Positions 24,001 to 37,835 are shown, counted from the first letter of the stretch. The stretch: 64,000 nt of DNA from Pseudovirgaria hyperparasitica (GCA_010093815.1 ML996571.1); one strand, 5' to 3'. Made by a program: numbers and translations. Notes: generated by a model from the sequence alone, not told the origin.

Positions 24001-25325
24001 CCTGTTTACCTGTGCCGTGCGTATAACGATTGTTCCTATGGGCTGTGACGTAAGTTCGAGACTTCGCGGCAATTGCTATGTGTCTCCTACATCCACCAGT
24101 ACATATGATCCACCTTATTGTCCATCAGTTTCCCTTTAACAAGTGTGAGCTCTCAGCCGTTGCTTGGGTAAGTAACACAGCGAAGTGTTCGTCGTTGCAG
24201 TCCAAGGGTGAAACAATGGATGAGTCCTCCATCGACAGAGTCGTGAGCCATCGCTGAAAGTTCGTGCGCGGAGTGTAGCACCTGCTGGCGGGTGCTGCAA
24301 GTATGCCGATCACTGCCATTCTGAGAGTGACAGCTCGCACAGCGATATCAACAGCGCTGATCCTTCCCAGACCCAGTAAAACAACTACACCGGGCGAGTG
24401 CATGACAACAGTTGGGTACTTGCCAAAGTGAATCCCTAGAGCGGAAGTAATTATTTGTGATGCAGACAAATAGACGACTCCCAGTGTCTGCATCCTGCTA
24501 TTTGTGCGTGGTCTGTTGATACGTGGCGCCACGAACATTCTCATCGCGGAAGTGAGGCAGCTGATGATCATGCAACTTTGCGAGCTTGAAGTTATCACTT
24601 CTCTCCAACAGATCGATCTCTACGTCCAAATATTCGCACATCTAGATCGAGATCATCCGTTGATGCCCTAGGCAAATGCCGAGAGTGCCTCCAAGGAAGG
24701 GCCGATCTGTCAGATGACACGAGGATGTTTTTCGTATTAGCAGTAAATTTTGAGGACCCGATAATGTTGCACACTGGAGGATGTGCTGAAATAAGTAGAT
24801 ATAGGCATTGATGCATAAGCTACTCGGCCGACAGATCCCTCTGAGCGTGTGTGCTTGGATCCTGTATGGCAGTCTACTCTCGCGGGTCTTTCGACCAATA
24901 CTGATACATGATTGATGACCAAGCCCCGTGAGGTCAGCAGTCAAGATGTGAGACACCCGTACTGGGCTATGGAAGGTCTTGCGACACATGCCGATGTATT
25001 TGGTGGACGGGTGTGACCACGAGGCTCGAATGCTTGGACTGCAGCCTCGCGCAACTGACATGAGTTCTGTATCACGGAAGCCTCCGGAGCTGTTGCCATT
25101 TCCGAGACTTGTGAATTATGCTTGCAGCAGGCCTGATCAGGCCACTCCCAGCGATGCCAGCACAACTGAGCAACCCTGTGTCGCACTGTCCCATGTTGTA
25201 CACCATACAATGCAGTGAACCGCCAGGGCTGCAGACTGCAGCAAGTAGGTGACAAGTCCTAGGGCACGGTTACCAACACCCGCGCGATGATAATAAGAAG
25301 AGCCACCGTGTCGGGGGCCGCCGCG

Positions 25326-26603
25326 TTACACCAGAAAAGTCCAGAAGCTGGGATAGACGAACTCTTCCTCAAAGATTCGCCTTACTTGCTCGAGAATGAA
25401 TTTTTCCACCTTCCCAACATTCTTCAGGACCTGCTTTCCACCTTCCTTTTGTCCGATCTCGCTCTCAACGCGGATTTGTTCGAGCAAACCCCCAGCTACC
25501 TGCCGTCGGGTGGCCGCATGCTCCAGACTAGTGCCAAGTGGAGCCTCATTACTGATTATGGACTCCGCATCCTCTGGTGCGAGGAAGCAGAAGTGTGCCT
25601 TCTTCCGGATGTAAGCTAGAATTGATACACCGTCAAACGTGATGCCTGTGATATTGAGTTTAATGGGAATTTCTACAAAGCTAGGCATGGGGTAGTCCAA
25701 CAGGATCGAAGCTGTAATTCCTAACTTGATGTCGCCGGAGTACTTGACGTGTGACACCACTTGGATATCATTGGCATCTGGTTCCGAAAGCGGTGGCTCC
25801 TCTCCCTGAAGTTGCTCAAACGTACCAGTTTCATAAGTATCGACCTCGGACCCTGCAGGCGAATGAGGCCTGCTACTATTCTGCAGATGTTGAGAGGGTG
25901 GTCTGGAGCCAGGATCAGCTATAGAAGGCGGAGAGCTGGAAGTGATAGAACCAGCCGGGGCACGTGACGATGGCTGGAACTCTCGCATGCTAGCATGCTG
26001 TTGATGGGCGTCCGGCCAACCATGGTGGAATTGGGCACCTGCCACAGCAGCAAGTGGAGTCGTAGTACCAGGTAGACCAGCGCTGAAAGGCATATGAAAG
26101 TAGCTCAGATTTGACGAGCCGCCCAGCAGACCTGGTGTGGGTGCTCGTGAGAGGAATGGCGCACCAGGGAGTTGCTGCTCGCTGGATGAGTAGCTAGCGC
26201 GTGGACCACTGGACCTTGTATAGTAGTCGAATGAGTTATTGTCCACTCTTTGGCCGTTTTCGCCTCGAATTTTGGCATGCGGATCGGTAAGGGTCGGTGG
26301 ATGGTCACTTGGCTTGCTGCCTAACAGTGCAGACTGGGCGCCGCTATCGGTTCCTCCGTCTCCATTCTCGGTCCCATCGTCTTCATCATCCTCGTAAAAG
26401 TCGGGGAGTGGATCACAGATGTCTTTGATCTCTATCTGAGGAGCAACATGGCCAAAGTCAAAGTTGTGTACTTGAACGGAGCGTATGAATCGCGGGAGCG
26501 GAACCTGCTGGAATTTGTCATGGATGAATGCACGAATGCTCTCAGCAAGATCAGCTCCGTCGGAGCCACCAGTGAGCTTCTGCCAGTTAACGTCAACAGA
26601 CAT
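25326..26603 (-). CDS. MDM12: Mitochondrial distribution and morphology protein 12 (ERMES SMP-domain subunit)
   Basis: MSVDVNW start, FQQVPLPRFIRSV, IKDICDPLPDFYE, LDYPMPSFVEIP and the C-terminal LKNVGKVEKFILEQVRRIFEEEFVYPSFWTFLV. Confidence 0.95.
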   Translation of the reverse strand: MSVDVNWQKLTGGSDGADLAESIRAFIHDKFQQVPLPRFIRSVQVHNFDFGHVAPQIEIKDICDPLPDFYEDDEDDGTENGDGGTDSGAQSALLGSKPSDHPPTLTDPHAKIRGENGQRVDNNSFDYYTRSSGPRASYSSSEQQLPGAPFLSRAPTPGLLGGSSNLSYFHMPFSAGLPGTTTPLAAVAGAQFHHGWPDAHQQHASMREFQPSSRAPAGSITSSSPPSIADPGSRPPSQHLQNSSRPHSPAGSEVDTYETGTFEQLQGEEPPLSEPDANDIQVVSHVKYSGDIKLGITASILLDYPMPSFVEIPIKLNITGITFDGVSILAYIRKKAHFCFLAPEDAESIISNEAPLGTSLEHAATRRQVAGGLLEQIRVESEIGQKEGGKQVLKNVGKVEKFILEQVRRIFEEEFVYPSFWTFLV

Positions 26604-26747
26604 CAGGCCTGATTGATGTGATTTGAGGTGGTGGGTGGATGAAAAGGGTTGGAAATGGAAAGGCGCGCCGAGCTCATGCAAATCCGTGCGCCCACCTGAA
26701 GCGGGCAGGGCCAGGCTAACCAGTATTAGCGGCTACCTACCTGTGTT

Positions 26748-26806
26748 TGCCTGAGCGGCTGAGCCTGACATGAGCCTGAGCCAGGTAAGCCTGAGCCTGA
26801 GCCAAG
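26748..26806. repeat. Degenerate (GCCTGA)n hexamer repeat upstream of MDM12
   Basis: gcctgagcggctgagcctgacatgagcctgagccaggtaagcctgagcctgagcc. Confidence 0.7.
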
Positions 26807-29800
26807 TAGTAAGCGCGCACTCGCAGCGCGTGTGTGTGTGTGGAGGAGTGCAGCTGGAATACAGTCGTTCGCAATAAACCTTATGAACCTTGACAGCAGC
26901 CCGAGATGAATGCAACTTCGCCTGGCTGACCCTTCCTTCAAATATTGACTCATCATCCCTTCAAGTTGGCAATCGTCCTCTTACCGAGTGCCGTGTCCGC
27001 ATCAACTTTCGGTCTCTTGACCACCTGTTCATCGAATTATATTATCGCATTGAGTGATCGTCGCTTGGCCGTCGTCTAGTAGAGGTTGCCAGCTTGCATT
27101 AGCAGCGCTTGTATCCAGGCGAAGCGGTCTGATACAGCGTCTGCGTCTAGATCGCACGCCTCCTGCAATACTAGCTTTGTCGCTATCAGATAAGTGTGCG
27201 GGGTGCGGTACAGGAGACGTCTTACCCAACACTTCCCTTATCTATTGGCTGAATGAGTGAAGAAGTGGTATTTGTTGCGTGATGTGCTTGTTGTGTGTGT
27301 CTTATATCATCGTGCCACTCTGGACCTTGGAATGCTCTAGTGCATAAACTGTTACGCCGTGGAGATGAATCAGGCCAGAGCATTACCGCTTTCTGTTGCA
27401 GCTTCTGCGACAATTGCCAAGCACAGCCTGTATGGACATCTGTCAATATCAGACGTGCGTCGACCTAGTGAACAGCGCGTTTAGTCCTGAACTCCGAATA
27501 TGCATAGCTTTTGATATTGAATTGCCCAAATAGGGCTTGTTGAGTAGGGAAGTCCAGACAGAAACTGTAACGGTTCTCCTCATAAGGCAACTTGGGGCAC
27601 GTCGATCAGAGATCTGATGCAGAGAAGGCTGCACAACCGATCCGTCCGTTGGCCAGCCTGTTTCTCGAACCCAGTCGGTCTTCGATGGCTGCGGAGACTT
27701 GCGCGCGGAACAGGGATGGCTTAATGAACTTTGATAGTCAAAAGGTAGTCGTCATCTACCATGATCCATGATCCATGCTGCATGTCTGCAGCAAGAGACA
27801 AGGAAGAGCTTTTTCTGAGTCAGGCTCAAGCATTTGATGACCGCCAGTCGTCCTGACACTAAAATCTCTCCATCAGCGTTCCGTTCCCTTGCGTCCATCC
27901 GAAGACAGCTTACAGTTGTACAGAACGGTTCTCTGTGGCTAATAACGGCCCGTCCCTCGGATCGATCGGGACAGGAAGCGCCAGCATATGTACCGTGTCC
28001 GCGACAAGAACGTAGGCTGTCTGACAGGCGGTCGTGTCACGTTCCCAGACGAAGTCCGCAATGTGAGGATGGGGAAATGACATATGGCAGCTCTCTGGAT
28101 AAGGACGGAACAGGAGGAAGGGTTGTAGCCTTTCGTGATCCGAAGCCCCGAAGCCCCACCTGATGATCCATGTTGGTCTGCTGCGCTGCAGTGTGCTATG
28201 GATGCGTGCTCTCGTTTAGAGGGTCAGGATCATATGGAGCATCCCCACCCCGCTGCCAGAGGGCATTATTGATGAGACGTGGTCGATGCAGGAAGGTGGA
28301 AAGACTCTGGGCTCTGGACGCGGCACATACCATGATCATGATGCTGCTGTTGGTCAAGGGACTGTTTGCATTGCGTTCAAAGGTGATTTTTATCCCTGCC
28401 CTTTGATAGCCCTCCCTGGCTTAGGCTTTTCTGCAGGCATGCCGATTATAGGCCCTTTGAGCGGTCTCGCCCTTGTCCCGCGTTGCCAATGCGTTTGATA
28501 GGCGACATGGTGCCTGTTGTCAGCCCGCCTCTGCGTGCATGGTTGGATGGCTAAGCGCGCAAGGCTTGCTGTCTAACATCTCCCGCAAAACTTGTAGACA
28601 AGCTGTCACCTCGGTTCGTAACATTTACAACGATGCTAGCAGACTGTTGCCATGTTTTCAAGGGTGCCAAGAATGGTTTAGATCATAGTCGGCTTGGTTC
28701 AATTATATCCTGGCATGTTGCCCCAACCAGTCCGCTCATGCATGACTCTGTGTCAATCTAGAGAATATGTCCCATCGCCGGTGCCGGCATCCAAACAGCC
28801 TCCGCATGAGCCTGGTGTGATCACCGAGAAAGATCGCCCCAATAATACAGTCGAGAAGTACCCTGAAATGTGCAATCCTGCCGAACGCTGGTCGTGTGCT
28901 TCGTGACCTTCGTCCACGTGGCCGCTGATTGTCCTAACGCCATAACTTTTTGGGCCGCCAGAACAACTCGATATGCTCGCCCTGTTTAAGGGACATGCGC
29001 TAAAGGAACCAATGCGACACCAACCAAGGAAACTCGTGTGATAGCATGAGTTGACAGAATTCTTTCGCCTTTCGCGTTCGAATCTATGCTCCAGTGCTAC
29101 CTTTCATCGTGAAACGTGGAGGAGGGGCGAGGGATAGGTCTACGGAGCTCCTGCACCTGGTTAGCCAATTGGTCATTTCCAGAAAGTGCCCAGCACGCGA
29201 AGCTCATGTATGAAACATACCTATGGATTACAGCTGTCACATTTCTCCGTTCGATGATCCAAGTCTCTTGTGCTCACGTTCGGGCATGGCGAGCTTGTAG
29301 TCTTGGACGTTGCGCATGGAGCGATATCCACTACAACATGACCACAGCCATAGGTTCGAACAATTTTGGTACACATCTTGATAACCTCCTTCACGCTCAA
29401 CGTTCTGATTTGTGGAGCCGTAATCTGCGCGGATAATCGGGATGTAGGTGGATCGATCTAGGAGGATAAAGACGAGAGCAAATTGAACCGGCGAGATCAA
29501 GACTTGAGAGGAAGACGCAGGGCTATTCGTGTGGCGAGCTATCAAATGACCTGCAGGAAGACTGTGGTAGTATCAAGTCGCTGCAATGACGAGGCGTGGT
29601 TGGAGTACGTCTCCCGTAGAGGCGGGGAGGAGAGGGTCTGATGAGTGAGTTAGGTACTTGTGAAGTAAAATCAACCGGACAGAACAAACCTCACAGCGCA
29701 AGGCGAGAAGACGCTTTATACCGAACGCATAGAGCTTCCGGAGAACTGGTTCCTTTTGAAATTGTGCAAAGTGGTTTGCGTTCCTTGAGTGCGACGTATC

Positions 29801-32800
29801 CAAGTCTAAGGCGTTGGCCCATACGCGGGTAGGCAAGGACATTTTCTACGACGGCGCGTTGGAGACATGAGCGAACAGGGATACGAACGGCGGGCAGGCT
29901 AGAAAGATGCCTGTGATTGTTCCAGCATGGGGAGACCATTTGACCAATTGATAGCCTGCCGGGGGGTGGTGGCTTCAGATGGGGTTGCTTGGGTGTGCTT
30001 GGACTTGGTGCCTGGGGAGGGTCGAGGGTGGTGGTAGGCAGGTAGCAAATAGCAGCAGGTAATTAGCTGGTAGCTGGTAGCAGCAAGTAGCAGGTAGCCA
30101 CCACCACTACTACTGACTACTGGGAACCCTCGAGAAAAGCCTCAAGAAGAGCGGCGCAGGGTCTGGCTTCGTTTCCGCCCGTTGATATCACCACTAATAA
30201 TTACCTCCTGCTTCTCTTCCTCCTCCACCTCCGCAAATATAACAAGGATCACCGACTTTATTCTTTTCAAACTCAGTTGCAAACTTTTTTCCTTTTCTGT
30301 TTCTCTCAGCTGTCAACAGCATCCTTTTGCTCTATCGGCTAATTTTACCCCTATAGAGGCCGAGTGAGAGCCGCACGCACGCACGCACATACAGCTCATT
30401 TGTGAACAGGTTACAGGTTACCGTCACCGATACGGACTACGGACGCAGCTTACCGTACGTCCTTTCCGCGCAATGACCTCCGGTTCGTCTCTGTGATGGA
30501 TGATCCTCGTCCGTGTCACGCGGACGAGCGCTGAGAAATGTCATTTCAGCATATTCCCCACGTTCGGAATAGTATGCTTGTGCCCTATACAAAGGTTCTA
30601 GCTGCAACTTGCAACAAGAGTTGCAAAAAAGTTCTTGGTACTGCCCAGCCGCTATGTCAGATGGACCATATTCTCATACCGGCTCGATTACGACTGTGCC
30701 GCTGCAGATCTTCAGACTTCTTTACGCACTTCTACTACGTGTCGTTCCTGTTCAGAGCGGGTTTTCCCCGCCACTTTCGAGTAAAGACCATGGTTTGGCG
30801 TGGCCATGTTGTCAAGAACCCCAGTCGCTGTAGTGATCAGCCACGTCGTCAACAGACACTCCAGATTCCCTCAATGACTGTAGAGAACAGCGGTTGCGCA
30901 ATAGTTCAGCCTTGTGGGGACTGTCCTTAACGCTGTGACCATCCAAGAGTATTCTTGGTCTTGGCCAAGGTAATTAGTCTACAACGCCGTTTGTCTCGTT
31001 CTCGATAGAATATGAGCCCCACTTGCTGTGTTTCAATGTGAGCGGTGACGAGCGGACCGCTGCCCCCCGGCGTGACAGCCCTCGAAACCATATTTCCACC
31101 AAGACAGGAAGAGCATGGGTTTCGGATGTGTCGTGAGGTCCCCGCCATCAAGACCGGGACGTTTGTATGCTAAGTTGCTTTTGCGTTTGAACGGCAGCTC
31201 CGCATGGCACCCTGGAAGTAGGACTGGCCACAAGATTGCACAGATCGCAAGTCTGTCGGTGTCCTCACAATAGGGCGCAAGGACAGGCGTCAGTTCCATC
31301 AATGCACCCTCCCTCCCCGGTCTGAGAGTTTGACAACAGACAATCAGTTTTACAGCGTAACAAAAGCAGACTGACTTATACTTCAAACGATGGGCTGCTA
31401 ATGTGGACCGGACCTCGACAAGCAGCGGGTAATCATCGGCCCGGCCCACTAAGATGTGAGCGGCCGCATCTTGCAGATCTTTTGGGTGGACTGGGCATTA
31501 TTAGAAGTCAGTGCCAGTTCGAATAGCTTGAGAAACGCTACAATGTCGATGCTTGAACACAGTTGTCCCTTTTCATCGTGACAGTCGGCTCGTCACTGCA
31601 TTCAGTCCGCAATGAGTGATCAGGAGCTCGGCCTCGGCGGTATCCAGGCAAGCTTGGATCGCGACGTTGACAATTGAGCATTAACATGCAGACGGAGCCT
31701 GTTTGAGTTTGCTTTGGCGGCCGGACCGACACCGAAGCAGCCGTGAATTTCTGTTTCTATGGTCTCTTGCTGCACTCCATTCGCCGCCGCCTCAGGTCCT
31801 CGGGGATCATTTCGTTCGCTCGCTCGCCCTTCCTTCCCGTGTTTGCAGGGCGGACGACTCGGTGATGGGTATTGGTGACTTCTGACAGTCCCATAATTAG
31901 TGCTGTCTCTCATTAATCACCCCTGCAAGTAACACGTGTTAATCAGCAAGGTGAGATTTCTTCCCAGCAGAAAGTGGACAAGGAGTAGTATTTGTAGCAA
32001 GTGATTGCGAATCCCTATACCCCACTTATCACTTGGTGACAAGGGGCCAAGAATGAGGGGGACACGGTATTTATCGTCACAGTTTACGTGACATGACGAT
32101 AAGGACCGACATCTCTCCATCACGTGGCTCTTTTGACCCTGAGGCAGTAAGGCAGTGATAGGGCAACAACAAGGCAACGAGCAGGAAAATGTCGCAGATT
32201 GCGTTATTTTATCCTCTTGGGCTGTCAGTCAGTCTCAGTCTTGACGGCCTCATCACGCTCCTCTTTTTACTTGAGTCTACCAGGTAATTGCCAGACTGCA
32301 TGCTCTTCCCACGAACATCCTTCACCCTTAAAAGACCTGCCTGTCGCCCGAGTGCCATCGTGATACTTCCGCCGTCGTCTCTGGCAGCGTAGTAGCTATC
32401 ATGCGTTCATGCAAATGGACACCTCAACCCTCATTGCCTTGGGTACATGTCCCACAAACCTTTCCCGCTGACTGACTATTCTCAACAGCCACAATTTGTG
32501 AGCCGCGGTCGCCTCTACGCGTTTGTGTACACGAATGTCAGCGATACCGATTGACGCACAATAGGGTCTCTTGTGGCGACTGTTATCGATGAAACGCGCC
32601 AAGCGAGAGTCAATAAGAACATGCGCATGCACGAAGGAGCAAAGACAGCGTCCTTGCGCAGCGTGGAATCAGAGAAGCCTCAGATGCACTACCCAAGGTT
32701 CAGAAGACCTGATGGAGATGCGCGGCAACAGCAACTGTGAGACGACTAATTAACTTTTGCTTCACAGCAGGCTGGAAAGAAAAGGAGTTTCGCGCGTTCA

Positions 32801-33559
32801 ACAAGTCGCGTCTGGGCGCAGGTCATCCGACTTGTCCTAGTCATCTTCGTTCATGCTATGAAACGGTAAGCACTCTCATGCCATCCGGACGGCCATTTTA
32901 CCAAGCATCCACCTCGTTCCCCTCCAGCTCTCGTCCCATCCCACTGAGCTTGGAACGTTGAACCCCGGACTGAAGGCGAGCCAGCCAGCTGCGTAGACTT
33001 GCCCTGTTGGCTGCGCTGTGGTCTTTGTTGTAGAGACGCATAAGGCATTCTGCCTTTCGTCGGCACAGTGTGTGCTGCTGCACTTATGCTGGCTTTCTTT
33101 AGCGGTCGCACCGCCAATTCCACGTCATATTATGCCGCTCCGGAAGGCTTCTGGGCATTGCCTCTCGTGGTCATTTCTCAGGCGGCCTCTTGGGCAGACC
33201 TAATTAAGTGTTACGCTTTTCTTCTGTCGACTCTTGAGTCATTCACCTTTTTTTAAATCTATTTCTTTGTTCGAGAGTACCAGAGGTGGGGGATCCACCT
33301 TGATCCATGGAAGGTAGAGAGACGGAGGGCGTCGAATAGACCATCAGAACATCCCACGTGCGGGAGCCAAGCTAAGCCCGCAACACCACCACTTCGCATC
33401 TGCATGCCCACACCAGGGCTACAGATTCCCACTAGGTTCCGAGTGCATCTTTCCCCAAGCTGGAACCACTGATACCCGACCCGTTAATGACCACCGCCGA
33501 GATATTGTGTCAGACAACCGCTAACTGACTGGGTGCCTCTTCCCCTGGCCATCTCGTCC

Positions 33560-33565
33560 TATAAG
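33560..33565 (+). promoter_or_regulatory. TATA-like box of the microprotein gene
   Basis: TATAAG followed by a CT-rich tract and an A/C-rich leader ending AATCACAATG. Confidence 0.55.
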
Positions 33566-33707
33566 TAGGCCCCTCTTTCCCTCTCCTGTCTGACCATTTC
33601 ACTCCGCCAGCAACAACTGTAGAAATTCTCAGCCCAGTCTTTCTCTCAAAACAAGAACTTCTACCACCACGTCATTCTCCTCAACAATAAAAACAACAAC
33701 AATCACA

Positions 33708-33992
33708 ATGGACGGCGAACTCTCAAACTCTCACTACATCCGCCGCCCCTCCACTTTCCTTTCGCTCGTACCCGTCGCGCACAAGGACTATGAAGTCAAG
33801 TCACAGGCGACGTCTCCCGTCGAGTCCAAGTCTCCAGTCAATGCAAAGATGTCTGTAGAATCCCCTGTCATCAAGGCCACGGAGGTCGAGGAGCACCCAA
33901 TCAAGACTGTCCGGTCCGACAGCACCAGCAGCCAGGCCTCATTCGCATTCCTCTCGCTCATCCCCACACAGCACCAGAAGACCACATTCTGA
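33708..33992 (+). CDS. Small (94 aa) Ser-rich protein of unknown function
   Basis: Strong fungal Kozak context (CACAATGG), upstream TATA, and C/G-ending codon bias typical of highly expressed genes. Confidence 0.8.
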   Translation: MDGELSNSHYIRRPSTFLSLVPVAHKDYEVKSQATSPVESKSPVNAKMSVESPVIKATEVEEHPIKTVRSDSTSSQASFAFLSLIPTQHQKTTF

Positions 33993-36900
33993 GCACTGAA
34001 CGGTGCTTTAGTTCGTGTACAACTGGATGCATTATTACTTTTTCTTTCGGAGTACAACTGGCATTGGGTATCAAGGGATCACCGCGGCAGAAAATTGCAG
34101 CCTGCCTGAGCGACACGCATAACAATGTGTGATTTTTTCCCTTATCTTTCTCTTTATCTGGCACAAATGTACGATGGAATGGGACTTGCGAATGGTTGGG
34201 CTACCCTTGACACCGGGGACCGCGGAGGGGGGGAAAGAGGGCGAGAAATTGGCACCGCGAAGGGCTTGGCTCGCGCTCGCGCTCGGGGAGATTAGATTAG
34301 ATGCTGCGTTTCCATGGTCGAGCATTCTCAAACTCTGTATTCTGCACAAACAGTAACGAATCAATGACATTACTCACACCAACGCACACACATACACACA
34401 CAATCTACAAACTGGTTCAAGCATATGACCTTTGCATCCCGCTCTAAATGTCTAGTGGGTGCTGCACACCGCCCCTCCTCCCCTCCGCTTGTGGAGATCC
34501 AGTCCTCAGCGCACGCACGCACATCTGTCTATCAATCAATCTATCTATCCCACCCCTCTCCACCGCGCAGCGCCGCCAATCTCAACCACCCCCTATTCCG
34601 CCAGCCAGCCCTCCATCCATCCAGCCAGCCAGCGGAGCCGGTGTCACCGCGCCAAGAGCCTCTAGCATGCAAATCCCGACTTGGCAATTGGCTTGGCTGT
34701 GTCATTGCCTAGTCTTGGCCCGGGCTTGTGTTGTGTCATTATTTGTCTTTGTGTCTGTGTGTGTGTGTGTGCTTCGGGGAATAGAGGGCTCCGAGGAGAG
34801 GATGCGGTCATTTGGTGTTTATTGCTTGGGGGATATGTGTGGAGATGTAGAACAGACGTGAACAACAGTAGAAACAGGGGATCAGAGGGTTGTAGTGTGA
34901 AGGAATGTGAAGTATCTAGGTAGGCTGCCCTGAGGGGCATGATCAGTAAGGCACAGACACTGAGACTTAGGTCTCACACAAAAACAGCACAGAGACTTTG
35001 GGACTGGAACTCAGAAGGCAGCGGCCCGGAGCGGACGAGAAAAGCCAAATTTCTGTGGAGAAGCAGCTACTGTAATTAGTGATTTGTCGGTGCGAAAACG
35101 GCTATGATGTGCGTTTTTACGGCGTTTGCGGGGATGGGGCTAGCTGGGGAGGGTGTGGACTGGAGGTGTTAATGAAGCAAGGTATGTGGGTGGATGATCG
35201 ACGGCTAGTGCGTGCTTGTGTAACGCTGGCTATTGGGGTAGGGTTTAATTAGGATTTTTCTTGGAGGGGCGCATCGGATTTCTGGTTTGGGATGCGTTGA
35301 GAGCTTGGAGGCTTGGATGGAGGCTTGGGCGTGTGTGCTGTGGATGGAGAGGATTTGTTTCGGTCCTGTTGTTGTGGGAGTGTGTGTGTGTGTTTGTGTG
35401 GTGGTGAGTGAGGTAAGGGATGAGTATACGATGTTTGTGGCAGATTGATGTGCGCCCAGGCGATAAACGCTTGCAGCCTGACGGGTGATTGGCCGCTTCG
35501 GATTGCCTATGTAAGCGTGCTGCAGTGCCGGTGCAGGAGGGGATGGAGATGGAGATGGAGTTTTGTACCTGACACTCTGCTGTTAATAATATAAATGCGA
35601 CATACTGTAGCCTGCTCAGCTTCGGGTGTGGTCTCGGATGTGAACGGATGTGGTCTCGGATGTCGTGCATGAATGGGATTAAGGATAAGTGCGCAGGTAT
35701 ACTACATATAGTATATGGAAGCATAAAAGTATATTGGGAGGCTCGCCAAGAATACGGAATCATGTCCGATGCAATTTGTGGATGTGTCTCCAGGGGATGG
35801 ATGTGGACGACCTGACATATTTCTTTGTTGAAAGACACCTCATCGACAGCAGACGAAATCAATCAACAGATGAGCACACGAGAATCTAGACCTGCTTATC
35901 TTACCAATCTTCACTATTGGTCAACATCCCCAGTCCTCTGTTCCCTTGGAAATTTTCCCCCCTCAGTATCAAGGATGTCTTTCCATCGATCCTCCCTACT
36001 ACCCCAGATACACAAGGATCCGGCCACGACGACGCAGGTGAGGTGAGGTGCTCAACCTTGGAACTCAACCACCCCGCACTAGTCTCCCCACCGCAGCCTT
36101 AGATACAGTACCTTTGCTGTCTCCTCGCATCTCCCGTTTCCCGGACGCCGAACCATCTGCCAAGGACTGCACTGCACTGCACTGCAATGCGATGCGATGC
36201 GGCCTTGCATTGCCTTGCATCCTGTCGTCGCCTGCCGTTGATCTTTCCTCGCGGACGACACGGACCGGACTGACGCACACGGACGTGGGGGTGGGTCTTT
36301 GCAACAGACCGGTCCAGACCTTGAGATGGCCATCGCCATATATTACCTAGTCAGGCCGCGTAAGGGTTGGGGGTAAATTAGGTTTATGATTTGGACTGTG
36401 CTGCACGGTGCTTTTTTTTCTTCAATACATATATACAGGCGTTGGCAATCCCGTTGACATGCTGACACGTCGTGTTATGATGGACGTGCGTAGACGATGA
36501 CGACATGTATGTATATTGCCTTTTTCTGGGACGGCAATTTGCTTTGCGGTGATTGTATCGATGGTGATAGGATCCAGTTGAGTGCTGTACTTGTAGCTCT
36601 GTATGCTTCTTGCCTCTATACTCTATATGATACCGATGATGCTGTATGCTCTGCGACTGTTGTTTAGTTGCGGAGATGTGCATTAGCAGAAGAGAGGAAA
36701 GTATATTTGTCTCGATGGCGCCACTACGTTAACGTCATTCTTCCCGGTGTGTTCCGCTGCCTCACCGAATTTTGGCTGTGTTAGCATAAAGTCCATGAAT
36801 GTGTTGTTCCTGTTTTCAAGCAGATCTCAACACCCTCAGCCTGTCATTCCATGTAGACGTGGGACGCCGATCACGGAGGGCGGGCTATCGTACAGGGTCT

Positions 36901-37835
36901 GCCACGGTATTCACAGACGTAATATTGTTGATGTGATTTTAGTGGGGCAATAAAGGCACGATCTATCCCTGCTCACCGTAAGCTGACATGTTGTTAGCAT
37001 GTTAATAAGTTGTGATTGGACTGTCCTTACTGTTAGCTGACGTGGCATACACAAAACACAGTTTTGACATCTTTGTGACAAGTCATACGGTAGCTCGCTC
37101 GACGTCGACATGATTCGTGTTGATGATTAGATGGTTATGATTAATAACATAGTCATCCCTGCGACTGGGTACGAGTGTACGAGTCCACATAGACGTTTTC
37201 GAGCATTCTCAGGTCTGTAACAGTCGAAGAGTTCCCTAAGTCTGAGGACTCAGTAATGGTACGCTCAGACTGTCCGACCATCAAGTTTCATATTAGCGAG
37301 GCAGAAAGTTTATTGCGACTTGGGGTAAGACTAGCGTCCAAGTACATGCAGCGATGAAAACCAATGAAAGTTGTTGAAGCTATCAACTGGAAAGACTTCA
37401 TGGTCGTAATGGATAACTTTGTTAAACACGTACCAAAAGAGGCTAGACCAGATTTCAAGAGGTGCCTCATTTCGCAGTGCACTTTTCTTCGTGTGGCAGC
37501 AAGTCTATGACTTCTACCTCCTCCTCTAGGCTATTCTAATCTTAAGCAGAAGAAAGCTCAATTCGTCTATCATTTGTACTCTGCGACCTGATTCACTCGC
37601 ATATCAGGCGCTAGTCACCCGCGTGTTCATTGAGCCATAATGATTCATCTAAGCGCTATGCAGAAATTGGGCATTGAGAGGACATCTGCTCAAATAGACA
37701 TATCAATACACTGAGGCTAAGTAGTTTTTAAGAGCTCTTGTCATCTCTAAGCTTGCAAGGCCATACCTCTACCCAATTTAAGGATTTTTGCAACAAACTC
37801 GGGTCCGTGGCTTCGAACAACAGATCATCTGTATT

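Noticed and set aside
24014..24071. tRNA-like segment (GCCGTG/CGCGGC ends, GTTCGAGA loop)
   Set aside because: Only about 58 nt, a 3-bp T-stem, and no D or anticodon arms.
27185..27193. ATCAGATAA SreA-type iron motif (another in reverse near 47355)
   Set aside because: About one match is expected by chance in 64 kb and neither site is beside an iron-uptake gene.
29638..29670. CTGATGA hammerhead-like core
   Set aside because: Followed by GAAG rather than GAAA, with a weak stem II and no convincing stems I or III.
26700..37700. Possible telomerase RNA in the gene-poor region
   Set aside because: No TAACCCTAA-type template was found by eye on either strand.
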